Source: Tubiluchus corallicola
Lineage: Eukaryota; Animalia; Priapulida
Direction: 5' to 3'
Assembly (NCBI GenBank): GCA_030141605.1
Contig: JAQGDQ010000002.1
Coordinates: 2,232,001-2,296,000, forward strand
DNA length: 64,000 nucleotides
Shown here: positions 12,601 through 25,031 of the stretch, one piece after another
How positions within the stretch are numbered: position 1 is the first letter of the stretch
Layout of the letters: each line of letters begins with the position of its first letter
Position numbers and translations under genes: made by a program
The notes under the pieces: generated by a model
The model's input: only the letters and a program-made list of their open reading frames with translations
Told to the model about the DNA's origin: nothing
Database searches by the model: none

Positions 12601-15494
12601 GGCGGAAAGTTGATTTCTGCTACGCTAGGCTCTTACCTTGGGCTCTCCACTCTCACATCTCTTTCTGTTAGCATGGTAGGATGGCATACTCTTCAACACG
12701 GCTCAGTTACATGTGATTCCCAATAATTAGTTTTCATATTACTTTATTATTACTATTATATCTACGAAAATGCACATAATAAGGAATATTTTGTGTAGGA
12801 GTTTACATTAAGCATTTAACTTAAATCATAATACATATTCGAGAGGCAGTATACGGCTCCTAAACTTTGAAATTAACAGGATGGTAAATTGATGTTTGTT
12901 TCCTTACTGGATCAAATAACTACATTTGGTTAGGAGCTACTTAAATGGTCATTGTTGAGACTGTAACTTTGGACCATACTGTTGGTGCTCTGTCCAGCGG
13001 CTGCACTCAGCTCACTACACATAATACGCTCAGTAGACCAAACCACTGAAACCAGTTTGCCAGATTTGTTTGTAACCTTTATCAAACTTAAAATGTGTAA
13101 GTGGTTGTACGAATAGGATAGGACTTTTGAGTGTGGATTCACCGAAAACCCAATTTTGCACAAAATTTTCAAAGTTTCAAACACCTGGGAATTATCAGAC
13201 TGCTGAAGTGCATGTACATGAGCAGTAGAATTATCTACTCGTTTACTGGCTAAAGGGTAGTGTTGTGAATGAATACAAACATGTACTGAATATGAACGTG
13301 TAAACGTACATTGTATATTTCTATGTGTTTCAGTACTCATACTTTGATAACTGACTAACGATTTTGACCATATGACAGTGATGACTAGTAAACAGCGATA
13401 CAACTTTCAATAATAGAAAAAGCAACTACAAATTTGAAAGCGAAATTTTCTTTAATATATTCAGAGAGCTTTTATAAATTATATTACATATTACAAAACT
13501 TATAATTCATAATAGAAAATACATAATAATAAATATAAAGATCTGGATGGAAGTCATAGAGAGCAGTAACAATACATAAAATCCTGCAAAATTATTCTGA
13601 GCAAAAAATGCAGTTCTGTGTGTAAGCGTTTACCTACATTCATCCAAAATTATTACAATTATGATAAGCAAGTATGTAAAGGCAAGTATCCGTTGATATT
13701 ATTAGACTATCCTATCCTAAGTAGACTTGACATTAATAGATACTATAATAGAACCTTTACACAGTATACCACCCATATATGCAGCACAGACACAAATATT
13801 TATAGATTAAAGCAACCTACACTACAGATGATGTATAGCAAAACACTGATGATTGACTAGTTTATTATATACACATAACAAAACCTACTTAACCTAAAAC
13901 TTATGTCTACACTATTAAACAGTACCTCACTGCACAAGCTACCAGTGAGAGCTAACCTTTAATTTGACTACCTTAGCTTAACCGTATACAAAAAAGAAAA
14001 CAAATCTTTTTTTAAATTATACAAAATCAACATACAGTTATACACACACAAGCATATAAAAAACCATTTACATTGTTTTCCAAAATCTGTATGCAATAAT
14101 ACATTACAGCAATAAAAAAGTTGCATAGATAAACATATTATGGAGTTATGACCATACACAACAATTTCACAGAAGACTTTTTGTAAACATGACAAACTAT
14201 AAAAAAATGAGCAGTCATATTTAGATCTAACACAAGCGTATTAGGCTTACTCCAAAGAGCTACTATGTAACAAAATCATGTTATTCTGAATATGATGTAT
14301 AGTTACAGTAGCTAAATTAATAATACACCAAGACATCAAAAGTTAAAATTGCTTGTCCTTAGAAATGATAATACAATAAATACTACATTACAATGAAAAA
14401 AGCAAAAAAAATCTATTAGCTTAACTTTTAAAATTACCTGTACTACAAATTAAATAAGACATATTGTCTTTAATTCATTGATAAAAATTAATGCACACTA
14501 AGCACAGTGCATATGCAGTACTCTTAAAAATGTACTACAAAGTTATCTCTGTTTACGTACCAAGTGCCGTGTACTTTTGGACAACGTAATAGCCACAATG
14601 TTGTTAGCATCAAGTCCAGAAAAGCAAAACATCCTACTGAGGAGTAGCCATATTATTAACAATTTACTCAAATTACTTTTTTACAACCAGAATCTATAGC
14701 AAGCTATCTTGCCTAATTCATCAAATAACTTTCATAAACTGAAAAATGCCATTTAAATGACATTTAAATGTAATACTTAAACATTGGAAGTTGTGAAACT
14801 GTAGTTGTTGTAATAAATGCAAATTTGGTTTAGGTCGTAATGCCTAGACTTTTACATACAAAAAATAACAAAATCAAGCCTGTGCTTAGCTGAAAAGTAA
14901 CAGACAATTCATCATAGATAAAAGATAAATGTGTGCTTTAAATATAAATGAAGTGTACACAATTATTAACTGAAGACAAAATGTGGCTATAAACAAAAAA
15001 AAATTAGAAACTGATTGGTGACGGGGAAAACGAAAAAATGAAAATATGAAACATTTTGTTCGGAGTAACATAACTTAATTTTTTCTGTCATTTGGCTTTG
15101 TGTCACGTGATCTGTAAGTTCACAATTAAGTTATTTGTCTTACTAGCTTCTCACTATGTTGATTTTTGTAATTTTTATATAAGGTATTTTTATTTAGGTG
15201 AAATGTTGGATGAACATGACAATAATTGATCAAAATGCTGCAGATATTTGTGTCTGACTAAAAGTCATGTTTTTGCTTAAGTGGGTGCTGGCTGTTATTT
15301 TCACAAAGATTTAGTAACAAAATTCTCATGCAACATATTTACACAACAATTCAACCGTTTCATTTTTAATGCAAAAAATGTTGCTACACACATTATACTC
15401 CATATATATTACCAGCTTGCCTGTCTGGCATAAATGCTAGCATCATTAGCGTTGTTATCAAATTTACCAGGAGACTTTAGTTAAGGCATTTGTT

Positions 15495-18400
15495 TCACAA
15501 TGAAACCAGAGTTGGAGAACGAATAGCTTCAGGACTTGACAAATCACTACTACCAGAAGTCTTACAAGCTTCTCCACTGCATGTTGCCGGATGAATGACA
15601 GGAGTTAAGCCTGTATGCTCATCATCCATATTGCTTGTAGCAAAATTGTATAAAGTGCCACCAGACGGTGTTGTAAATACATTCGCAGGTGTCATCATAG
15701 AACCATTAGAACTTGTGGTAGAGAGGCTGAGCGAAGTCGGTCGTGAGTGCACCGAACCATCCAATTTAAACTCTGGACAAGTTGGTGTGGATAACCTCGT
15801 AGAGCCGCGGTGTTTGCAGCTAGGAAGATGTGATTGCAGAATGAATTCAAGCTGTTCCTTTTGTGACTGCAGTTTTGCAATCTCATTTTCTATTTCATGC
15901 TTTTCTTCTTCTAAGTGTTCAGTTTCCTACAGATTGTTAAATTACAAATCACTGATTAATGGAAATACAGCATAATGAATAACGTAAGAACTCAAATTAG
16001 AAAAGTCACAGAGGCTTAAAATCAAAATGATACCCAAGGAAAAATAAACTCTCAATTTAGCCATTTACTATCTCTATATTTACATATGGAAATCATAGTT
16101 TGATCTAGAATAGTGATTCACAGATGGGAGGCACCTATTTACCAGCAGCAATTTGGGAGGATTTTAGTCCGAGAAGGAACTTCAAACAAGGAAAGGGCAT
16201 ACACTAATTTAGGTATTAAAAATTAAATGCAAGTATATGAAAATGACCTCTGTAACAAAGGATGTTTTCTCGCATTTGACAATGATTAAAAAAATAAATA
16301 AATATATTATTTCAATAAGCCACTGTAAAGGTGGTAAAATATGTAAAATGAGGAAGAATTCAGGAAACCAGAAATTGCAAGGGAAGGAATAATACTTTGT
16401 AATTCTGAGAAGTTCGAAACATTGATCTAGAAAGTCAGGCAAAAAACCAAGGTTAAACTACAATGTATAAAAAGCAAGCTCTTGCTAATGCTTTAAAATA
16501 AGCAAAATCAGCAAGTTTTTATGGCTTTACGTTTGACTTTCTTGACAAAATAACTCACCATTAATAATGTATTTGTGTGATCCAGTCGTCTCTTCCGGCA
16601 TTTTGCTGCAGCTAATTTATTTCTTTCTCGTCTGATGCGTCTTCTTTCCTCTTCTTCAGGATTACACTGAAAGCAGTAATAAAAACAAACATTCAAATAT
16701 TTATGATGAGTTACAAATAAGTGCATATGTAAATATGTTTTAATATCATTAGACACACCTGGCAGTCTTTAAATAAGAAAATTGTACATAACGGTTTATT
16801 GAATTCCAAAACAAACGACAAAGGTTCATTCTGGGTTAACTAATCGAGAGCTTGTACGGTGACCACTTCAGATTTTTCCTGAAAAATGTGGGATGCTCCC
16901 TGGCGAAGTTTTAGCTTTCACTCATTTTTAGTTATGGTGTTATTCACTTTTAAACATGAGGTGAACAGGTGCTAATTTTTTATTAGCAAATGCTTTTTTA
17001 ATAGGCCATATCTCTGTCAGCTTATCTAGTAAAGAACCCAAAGTGTGGGGTACGAGGTCTGGTACAACTGGTTTTAGACATGTATATGAAGCAAGATATT
17101 TTTGCCTAGCCATTCTAAATTCTGACTCATGGATAGCTAAAAATAGTGATTTTGTTTGTGCGCATGTAATTTTATGGATTTTAAAGAGCTCTATAGTGAA
17201 TAATATTTGTTCCACGACAGATTTTGTTTGTGTGCTTGTAATACATGTAATTTTGTGAATTTCAAAGAGCTCTATGGTGGAATAAAAAGAAATAAAAAAG
17301 AATATAATCTGAACTTTGTAACTCAATTAAAAACACTTATGAGAAAGTGTGTTAAAAGCAGGGTTTAGTTATGTCTGGATTTTGGCAGTGTTGACAATAA
17401 AAATTTAACCTGAAATTTATACATAAAATAGAGAACTGACTTCCTTTCTTGTTGGTAGTATTTTCTTTTTGTTACCAAACTGCAAACTATTTTCAAAGTA
17501 CATTTAAAGCACTATCTTTTACTATGTTAATGCTATATACTTCTACAAAATATATACATTATACAAAAGTGGTGAAAAGTTCTACTAGTAGTTAACAGCG
17601 CTGCTTTTCACCTACATCAATGCTGTACACTTCTACATAATACACATTATATAAAATTGGGGAAAAATTCCATTTCTCCAATATATAAGTTGCATATTTA
17701 AATTTTCCTGTCTTTAGCTCTATAAATTGTTATAGTATATACATTTACAAAAAACTTCTAGATACATTACAAAAAAACTGGAAGAGTTTCATTATTTGTA
17801 GACATTTTAATCGCCAACATTGCAAAATCCAGATACGTATAACTGATCTTTGTGTGTTTTTAGTATTCTTTTTGCCACATGCGTCAGTTACGAAATTCAG
17901 CTTTACTCCAGGCACTCATTTGTAGCTGCAAATTCTATTCCAAAGATATTTCTTTTCTAAGACAAATATTATTGATTACAGAGCTTTTTAAATCTGTAAA
18001 ATTACCTGCACAAAAACAAAATCGCCATTTTAGCTGTCCATACGTCAAAAGGTATAATAGCTAGGCAATATCTGGCCTCATTTATGTGAAGCCAGTTGCG
18101 GAGTTACCTAATTTTAGGGTAAGATGACAGAGATATATAGCAAAGCCACTCGCAAATGAAAAATTAGCAACTCTGCACCTTTTGTTTAAAAGCCCACAAC
18201 CACCATAGCTAAAAATGGGTGGAAGCTAAAAGAACACAAGTGACCATCTCGCCCATTTCAGAATTTTTCAGCAAAACCTGAAAAGTCACCCAATAAATTT
18301 TTCAAAAGCTAGGTCAATTGACACAGAATAACCACAAAACAATGACATACATTAAAGTCCGTACTTATGCCAATCGTTTGCATGATAGGTAATTTTGATA

Positions 18401-20213
18401 AAAGTAATATAATAAAGACAGTATGCATTTAAAATACTATTTAAATTGTACATTGTAGTTGAAAGCTATTTTTTCTACAGCATATAAGCAAAATAAAAAA
18501 ATGATTTTGCATGCAGGTAATTTCTTTACACCTAGTACCAGCTGCTTGATTTGTGGATATAAGTCAAAAAAGCACTAGACATTTTATGCTCTAACCACAA
18601 TTAGATTCTGCTATATTAAAGAAAAAGTACAAACAACACCAGTACTTATTGTTCTGATATGAGTTATTGTTCTCTTTTGTTGACCCTGTTAAAAATTTGT
18701 AAGAAATTAGCACCCGAATCTAGTAATTAGTATGTAACTTGGTATTCAAATAACTGTTACTATTACGTACAGATTCCTGTTTTGCACGGCGACCTCCTTT
18801 GCGTTTCTGTTGCTCAGGTTGTACGGTTAACTCAGATCCAGAAGAAATCATCTTAATGGAATTTGTTGGCCAGTAAGGAATCACTCTCTCTCCATTTCTA
18901 AATCGACTAACAACAGGTGGAACAAATCCAGCCTGATTCTGCACCGGTTGAGGCTGAGTTGTCATGGGAACAGTTGTTAGTTCTACAAAACTTTGTTCAA
19001 TGTTTGCCAATGTTGTTGGTGTAAGTGTTGGTGTAGTTACTGTAGTCACACCTGTGCCATATGAAACTGTTGGCATTGTATACTGCAAAATTGAAAAAAT
19101 GTGCTTATAAGTTAAATAATTCGATTCAAACATGAGTTTAATTCCATATACATAATATAAGTGAAACAAACAAAAATTAATGTATTTGAATATCAAAATG
19201 GAAATAGGATGCATCATATAAGAGGCCATCCACATATAACAATATCAAGTTCTCGACCGATTTTGAGGACCTAGCTACCTTGCGTTATAATGGCGTTATC
19301 ATATGCCCCACCATCTACATACTCTTTATATTGATATTGATATCACACCGATGTAGCTTTTGTGCACTTTATTCGTTCTCCTCCCAAGGACAAGCTTGCA
19401 CAATATCCCTTGTGTTAATTAAAGCAAAACCGGACCCAATCTTAAATAGTAGGACAAAACAAACTACTCTTTAAAATATTGAAAGAAAACGTACTACAGT
19501 AAACTCTGCATAACTCAAATTCAACTGGACCGTAGCATTGCACTTCAATTTTTGCTTTCGCAAACATGTGCAACATGCCCCTGGAATATTTTCGCTATTG
19601 ATTGAAAATTATGTTAGTTTGTGATGTCATCAATAGTTTTGCTTGCCCACCATTAAATAAGTTTTTAATTTATTATTTAATTATCAGAAATGCTTTTGCA
19701 GTATTAATTGTGTTAAAATGTATACTTGTTATCAGACTTGAAAATGGGGTAGCATATGAAAAATATCCTGTCTTCCTTTAACAGGAAACCATCAGTGAAT
19801 TCCAGTGGCATATCATGACCAAGTCACCTATACTTTGCGTTATAAAGGCATTAACACATCTCCTGCCACCTACCTACCCTAAACTTGACATCGTTATATG
19901 TGGATGGTCCCCAATGGCAATAAGCACCGGTAATCCCACGATGTTATAGTAAACTTTTCTTTATCAATGTTCATGTATCATGATCAATTTAGCACACTAA
20001 CACACACACTCACAAAGCTTAGTAGATTACTATACTAATACTTACTTCAACAGTTGTTACAGCATTGTTTGCATTTGCACCTCGAGTATGGTCGCCATTA
20101 CTGTTAGCAATGCCATTTGCCATCGAGCTTAAAATACCAGCCACCGTGTACCTCGCGTCACTTAATGATGTGTATGGGCCTTCTTCTTCTAACTTAACTA
20201 CCTGTCCATACAT
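15495..20213 (-). CDS. Fos: Fos-family (kayak-like) bZIP transcription factor (~339 aa, 4 exons)
   Basis: Exons 20046-20213, 18771-19082, 16559-16666, 15495-15926, all phase 0 GT-AG. Basic region [23 protein letters not shown], leucine zipper ending LEFILQSH, invertebrate Fos motifs [14 protein letters not shown] and QAGFVPP, and C-terminus SPTLVSL (cf. c-Fos SPTLLAL). Confidence 0.95.
16823..18333. mobile_element. Foldback-type non-autonomous DNA element with ~550 bp imperfect inverted arms, in Fos intron 2
   Basis: Termini ggttcattctgggttaac / caattgacacagaataacc. Internal mirrored blocks, e.g. gattttgtttgtgcgcatgtaattttatggattttaaagagctct vs agagctttttaaatctgtaaaattacctgcacaaaaacaaaatc, and tctggattttggcagtgttg vs caacattgcaaaatccaga. 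ACAAA flanks both ends (possible TSD). Confidence 0.75.
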
Positions 20214-20274
20214 TACCACAGAAATCTTTTTATTAACGTTCCACCGGCCCTGTTATCAAGTTAACTATCTTTCC

Positions 20275-20480
20275 AATGAATCATCACTTGAGTCACTCCA
20301 CACAAATGCTAGGGAGACCATTCCCTTCATTTTATAATATCAGGGTAAATCTGCTGCGCAAAATCAGCGACACGACAAAAACAGTAAGGCTGGGACTATT
20401 TTTAGCATCTGATTCAGAGCTGTTGATCACGTGCCACATCCCAGCGCTGACGCATTAGTATTGCGCTTGCGCAAAAATGT
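20275..20480 (-). promoter_or_regulatory. Putative Fos core promoter with bZIP sites
   Basis: TATAAAA on minus at 20330-20336, ~120 bp upstream of the ATG; AP-1 TGAGTCA 20289-20295; CACGTG 20428-20433; CRE-like TGACGCA 20448-20454; C/EBP palindrome TTGCGCAA 20467-20474. Confidence 0.6.
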
Positions 20481-20819
20481 AGAGAGTTGGCTTCCTCTTC
20501 CTAAAACACAAGAAGTTGCCAATTCCAAGAATTTTGAGTAGACCAGCGGCTTTAAGAAAGAATGTACCCTGTAAATCAGTGATATTTAGCTACCATCTTT
20601 ACTTGCACACTGGTACATAATTATATTAATATTTTATACCAAGAATATTAATATAAGGGATCTGCAATTTTCAGCTGATGAGGCACGTTTTCGGCGAAAG
20701 CTAATGAAAGAAAGAAATATTTTTAATGTATTTTAAAACTAAAAATGGCATTCAGTGTTTTGTTTATACCATGCACTACTGGAATTTGAAAAAAAGAATT
20801 ACTAACAACTCTATTTAGA

Positions 20820-21590
20820 TAACTAATTAACGAATTGCTGCATTTTTTTGTTTTGAACCATGGACATTCTAGCTAATTATCCTGCCAAATTTCAACTTGA
20901 TAGGATAATGGAGCATGTAACTTAAATAAATTTAAATTTCTTTACTTATAAAACACTAATTAGTTGGCTAATTAACGAACTGTCAATTTGCTGCAACTTG
21001 TTTGTGTTTTAAATCACAGACATTCTAGCTGGTCACTCTAGACACTTTAGCAAATTTCATTTTAATTAGATCACGGGAACATGCAATTTTAATCAATGTA
21101 AAATTAATTAATAAAACAGTTAATTAATAAATTAATTAATAAAACATAAATCAATTTTGCTTTGATTCAAGGACATCTTACCTTATCATTTTAGCAAACT
21201 TCTACTCAATATGAAAAATACTTTTGGGTCAATTTAAAATTAATTAATTAGATAGTTCTAATTTAGCAAATTGCTACATTTCTTTGTTTTGAATCAACGA
21301 CATCCCGCCTAATCATCTTATCAAATTTCAGCTCGACTGAATCATGCAAACATGCAATTTAAGTCAATTTAAAATAAATAAATTAATTAAACAGCTCTAA
21401 TTAATTAACTAATTAACGAATTGTGACAATTTTTCGCCAAGAACTAAGGACATCCTATTTAATCAACATAACCAAACTTCAACTAAATTAGATAAATACT
21501 TTTGTAGTTATTTCAACTCATTTGGAGTTAAAAGGTTGAAAAAAGTGTGACGGACTGGGCGAGTCTGGGAATAACCGGATTTTTCCTAAT
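20820..21590. repeat. About five degenerate ~130-140 bp tandem units, probably the body of a non-autonomous TE
   Basis: Recurring ctaattaacgaa...ttttgaa...gacat(t/c)cta...caaa(t/c)ttca...aatttaaaattaatta units near 20821, 20967, 21150, 21258 and 21407. Confidence 0.65.
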
Positions 21591-21706
21591 AAATTTAACA
21601 AATTTAAAGCAAATTTAACTCCTCGGTAAGAACATTTCAAGCGCAGGAAAATTTCTGATACAGTAGACGCCGTTTATTAGATTCACGGTTAACAGAATCT
21701 GTCGTC

Positions 21707-21802
21707 TAATTGACTCAAAAAAGTCTGGTACGGGCTCCTACTATTCAAATGCTTATAAAACTGTGGATAATTGACTCAAATAACTCCGCATAATTGAGTC
21801 AA
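21707..21802. promoter_or_regulatory. Cluster of three AP-1 sites
   Basis: TGACTCA at 21711 and 21772 and TGAGTCA at 21795, each in the context TAATTGASTCAA. Confidence 0.5.
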
Positions 21803-22128
21803 TCTTTTCCTTCACGTATTTGTAATAAGCCACTTGTGCGTGCCCAAAGAGCTTTTACTGCATTTATGTCTTTACGTCGATTTTGTGAGCTATGATATAC
21901 GTAGAAACAGTCATGTTACGCACACTTTGTATATAAGCGCGTACAGTACGTTTATCATAAGCGCTAATATATATTGGACTGAATTCGACCCAGAGGGTCG
22001 AACTCCAAGATGGCATGGCGGTCTTGATATTGCGCATCATGAAGTTCCATTTTATAATCGTTGTGTAACCAATTACTTAATTACAAATGATTAACTAAAT
22101 CAATGTCTGTAAACTAGTACCTTATACC

Positions 22129-22478
22129 TGTTATAGCGTGTCATCTAACTCTCATAAAACAAAATACACAAAAAAACTACACTGTACGGAGTTTATTAAC
22201 AGCACTAATAAAAATAAGGAACCAAAATACACGCGCACAAAAAAATAACTAACTAACTCAGTAACAGCACTACACCCGAGGAGCACCTGTGTCAGAAATC
22301 CAGGCTGGAGTGACCTCTACACGCTTTTATACTGGCATTCCAGGTCAGCTGGCTTCTCACACCACGTGTAGGCCCAAACAAGGCGTTTGGACCTACAAGA
22401 AAGGGGTGAGTCGCTGCTGACGTGGAAGCAGGGCGTGTAGAGGGCTACACCTGACCCGACACAGGTGCCTCCGTAACA
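22129..22478 (-). mobile_element. Probable solo LTR (~350 bp)
   Basis: Minus strand starts TGTTAC and ends TAACA; contains AGTATAAAAG (TATA, 22324-22333) and AATAAA (22192-22197) followed by a GT-rich tract; GC-rich U3-like part. TSD imperfect (atacc/atatt). Confidence 0.55.
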
Positions 22479-25031
22479 ATATTATATAATATATTAGCGT
22501 AGCGGCTTTGCATCTGTCTCCCGCTTGTCCGCTGCAATTAACTGTGTTTCTTGCTTTTCTCAGGGGAAACAAGGTCATCACCAACTGTAGTTAAAGCACT
22601 AGGTGACTAGGTGTTTTGCGTGAAAATGTGCAGTATACGGCAACAGATTTTCAACTTTTTTATCAGTATGAGAATTTCGTAAACCAATTTCTTTGTGAAG
22701 AAATGAAGCAACCGACTTTTTGTGAACTTTGACTGGTAGTAATCAGTTTTGTGCGATGTTTCATTTGTTTACTTACATAAATTAGTGTTCTTAAATAATT
22801 ACGTAAGAATTTTGACATTAATTCGTTTCTTTGCATTGTACACTAAGCTGATGTAGTAATATGACTCATACTTCCATACTAGTAATATAGTAGTAATACT
22901 TGACCCGTTGGCTAATTGATTCAGTTGAGTCTATTAAGCGGCGCCTACTGTATTTGCTTTATTTGAAGGGTGGGTACACTGGGTAGCAACATCCTCGCAC
23001 ACTGCACGCAACGCATAGAGTTGTAATAAGAGAACAGAAACCTTGAGTACCAGCTGGAAAGCCTTTTTAAGGAGAGAGGAAAAATTTTGAAGTGAAGTAC
23101 GTATGAAGGTAAGTAAATAATTTGGTTATTATTTGGTGATAAAAAGTTTGTGGAGAACAAACGGTCTTTAGGTGTGCTAATTACAATGATGATAAAGATA
23201 CATAATATCTTTTATAGGTATGGATTTATAAGTACATAACAATTAATTAAGAACATTGCACAAAAGAAATGTATACTGCGTACAGAAGGTAGCATATACC
23301 AGTCGACCATATACAACGTATGCGACTGACTGTATATTGGATAGTAACTATTATTGGACAGGCAAGGAGGCAGTTTGTTTACTATGTTCTAACCATCCTC
23401 TGGCTCTGACATAATAATATAGTTACATTACCTGTTACAAAAACTTATACGTCTATAGGGGCTGCTAATTATTCGCTTGGTTTGTGACTTTGTGTGAAAT
23501 GATATTAGGTCTGCCCCGTTACTATATTCACAAGTTCCACATAGCTTGGATTGACTTTTTATATTATTATTATTATTAATTTATTGACCATTAAAAATTA
23601 CACCAGTTTACATTAAAAATCACTCAGTAAAATCATTGCACAATTTAAATCAAACACGTTACAACTAGAATATATGGTTTTACCAGGATAAATTCTCCCA
23701 TTGTTCTGCAATAATTGGCAATCTGGGTCTCACCCATAATCTCACAATGATTCAGTACTCCAGGCTTAAGGGCATCCTAGAATCTAGATTGCTATCTGCT
23801 CTAGTTATGTCTAACAGATTACACAAATACCTCCGCCAAAATTGAGGAGAAAAACTTGTTAACTTAGATTTCATCGGCTTCACATGATGCTTCATGCCAG
23901 CGGTTAAAAATGACAAAAGATGCACTGAGGTCAGCTACCAAGTTTTCAAATACCTTATCCAAAGAAATAATGACCTAGTCCTAGATTCTAACTATCTGTA
24001 AACGGCCTCTCTCAAATGCCTTCTGAAATTGTCAAATGATAAAGTACTAGCTGATGGTTGATGATGAAAGAAATATTTACAAGGAACCCACTGTCGCCCA
24101 CTACATTAATTGAATTGACTTTAGTTGTCCCATACAACAATAATCTTACAACAAAGTGTTAGTAGAAACTTGAATAGCCGAATTTGCAATGCGACGAAGT
24201 GTTTTTATTAAAGATACTAATAAAATAATAATAGTCATAATTAATACTAATTAATATAAAGCTTTGCAATCTATAGTGCTTAATTTAGTATCTATTACTA
24301 CTGGCAAGTATCATTGGGCAGCCAAAACCTCAGTTTGATTAATAATAATATAATTGTAATAGTCGATCTGCATCTCTTAATACACAAGTTTATACTAGCA
24401 CAACTAACTAGCAGTACGTCAGCTTTTTTATATCTATGATAACAATCTGTAGTTCTACCTGTATATATTTTTTTACTTGCCAATGTGTGTAATGTTAATT
24501 GAATATTTGGACAATAAATTGAATTGATCACAAACAGACTGAAACAGAAATACAGGCGCAGTTTTGGTGCTACTCTACCTCAGTTTCTCCTCAAATCCTA
24601 TTCGCTGAATTTGATTAATAATTCTTCGTAATTCGCTTACGTCTATTGACATTTGTATATTATTTCTATTTATTTGAAATTTCTTATTTTAACAGTACTC
24701 TATCAGCTTGTTGCGCGCACGAAAAGAAGTTCACTTAGCATACAGCTTTGAGCTTTGGACATACTATGCTAATTACGTTTTCATTTTAAAAATGAATTCA
24801 GTTAAACACGATAAGCATTATACACGTTAGTGTCAACATACTTTAAAAATAATGATTCATTAAATGTTTGCATTTACTTGTTTAATGTAACATCTTTATT
24901 TTATTTTTCTGGAACTATTTTTTTGGGTTGTAATTTATGTGTTTCTCGTCTTTGTAATGCAGTGCAATGGCCGCCGGTACTATCAACCTGTTAATTTATT
25001 TTCAGGTAGAAGCACATTAGAAATCTCAACA

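Noticed and set aside
12930-13403. 157-aa minus-strand ORF
   Set aside because: Non-ATG start, no recognisable motif and no convincing splice context; likely spurious intergenic sequence.
13450-15494. AU-rich destabilising elements in the presumed Fos 3' UTR
   Set aside because: ATTTA pentamers and one TTATTTAAT occur but do not look enriched over this AT-rich background; the UTR end (ATTAAA near 13451) is only a guess.
19560-19582. p53-like response element in Fos intron 1
   Set aside because: The two CATG cores are 9 bp apart rather than 10, and both half-sites have mismatches.
22281-22470. Hammerhead ribozyme / retrozyme
   Set aside because: The catalytic core CUGANGA...GAAA is not found on either strand.
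23555-24060. Possible LINE 3' fragment with (TAA)n tail on the minus strand
   Set aside because: Suggestive tail and coding-like composition, but no recognisable RT motif.
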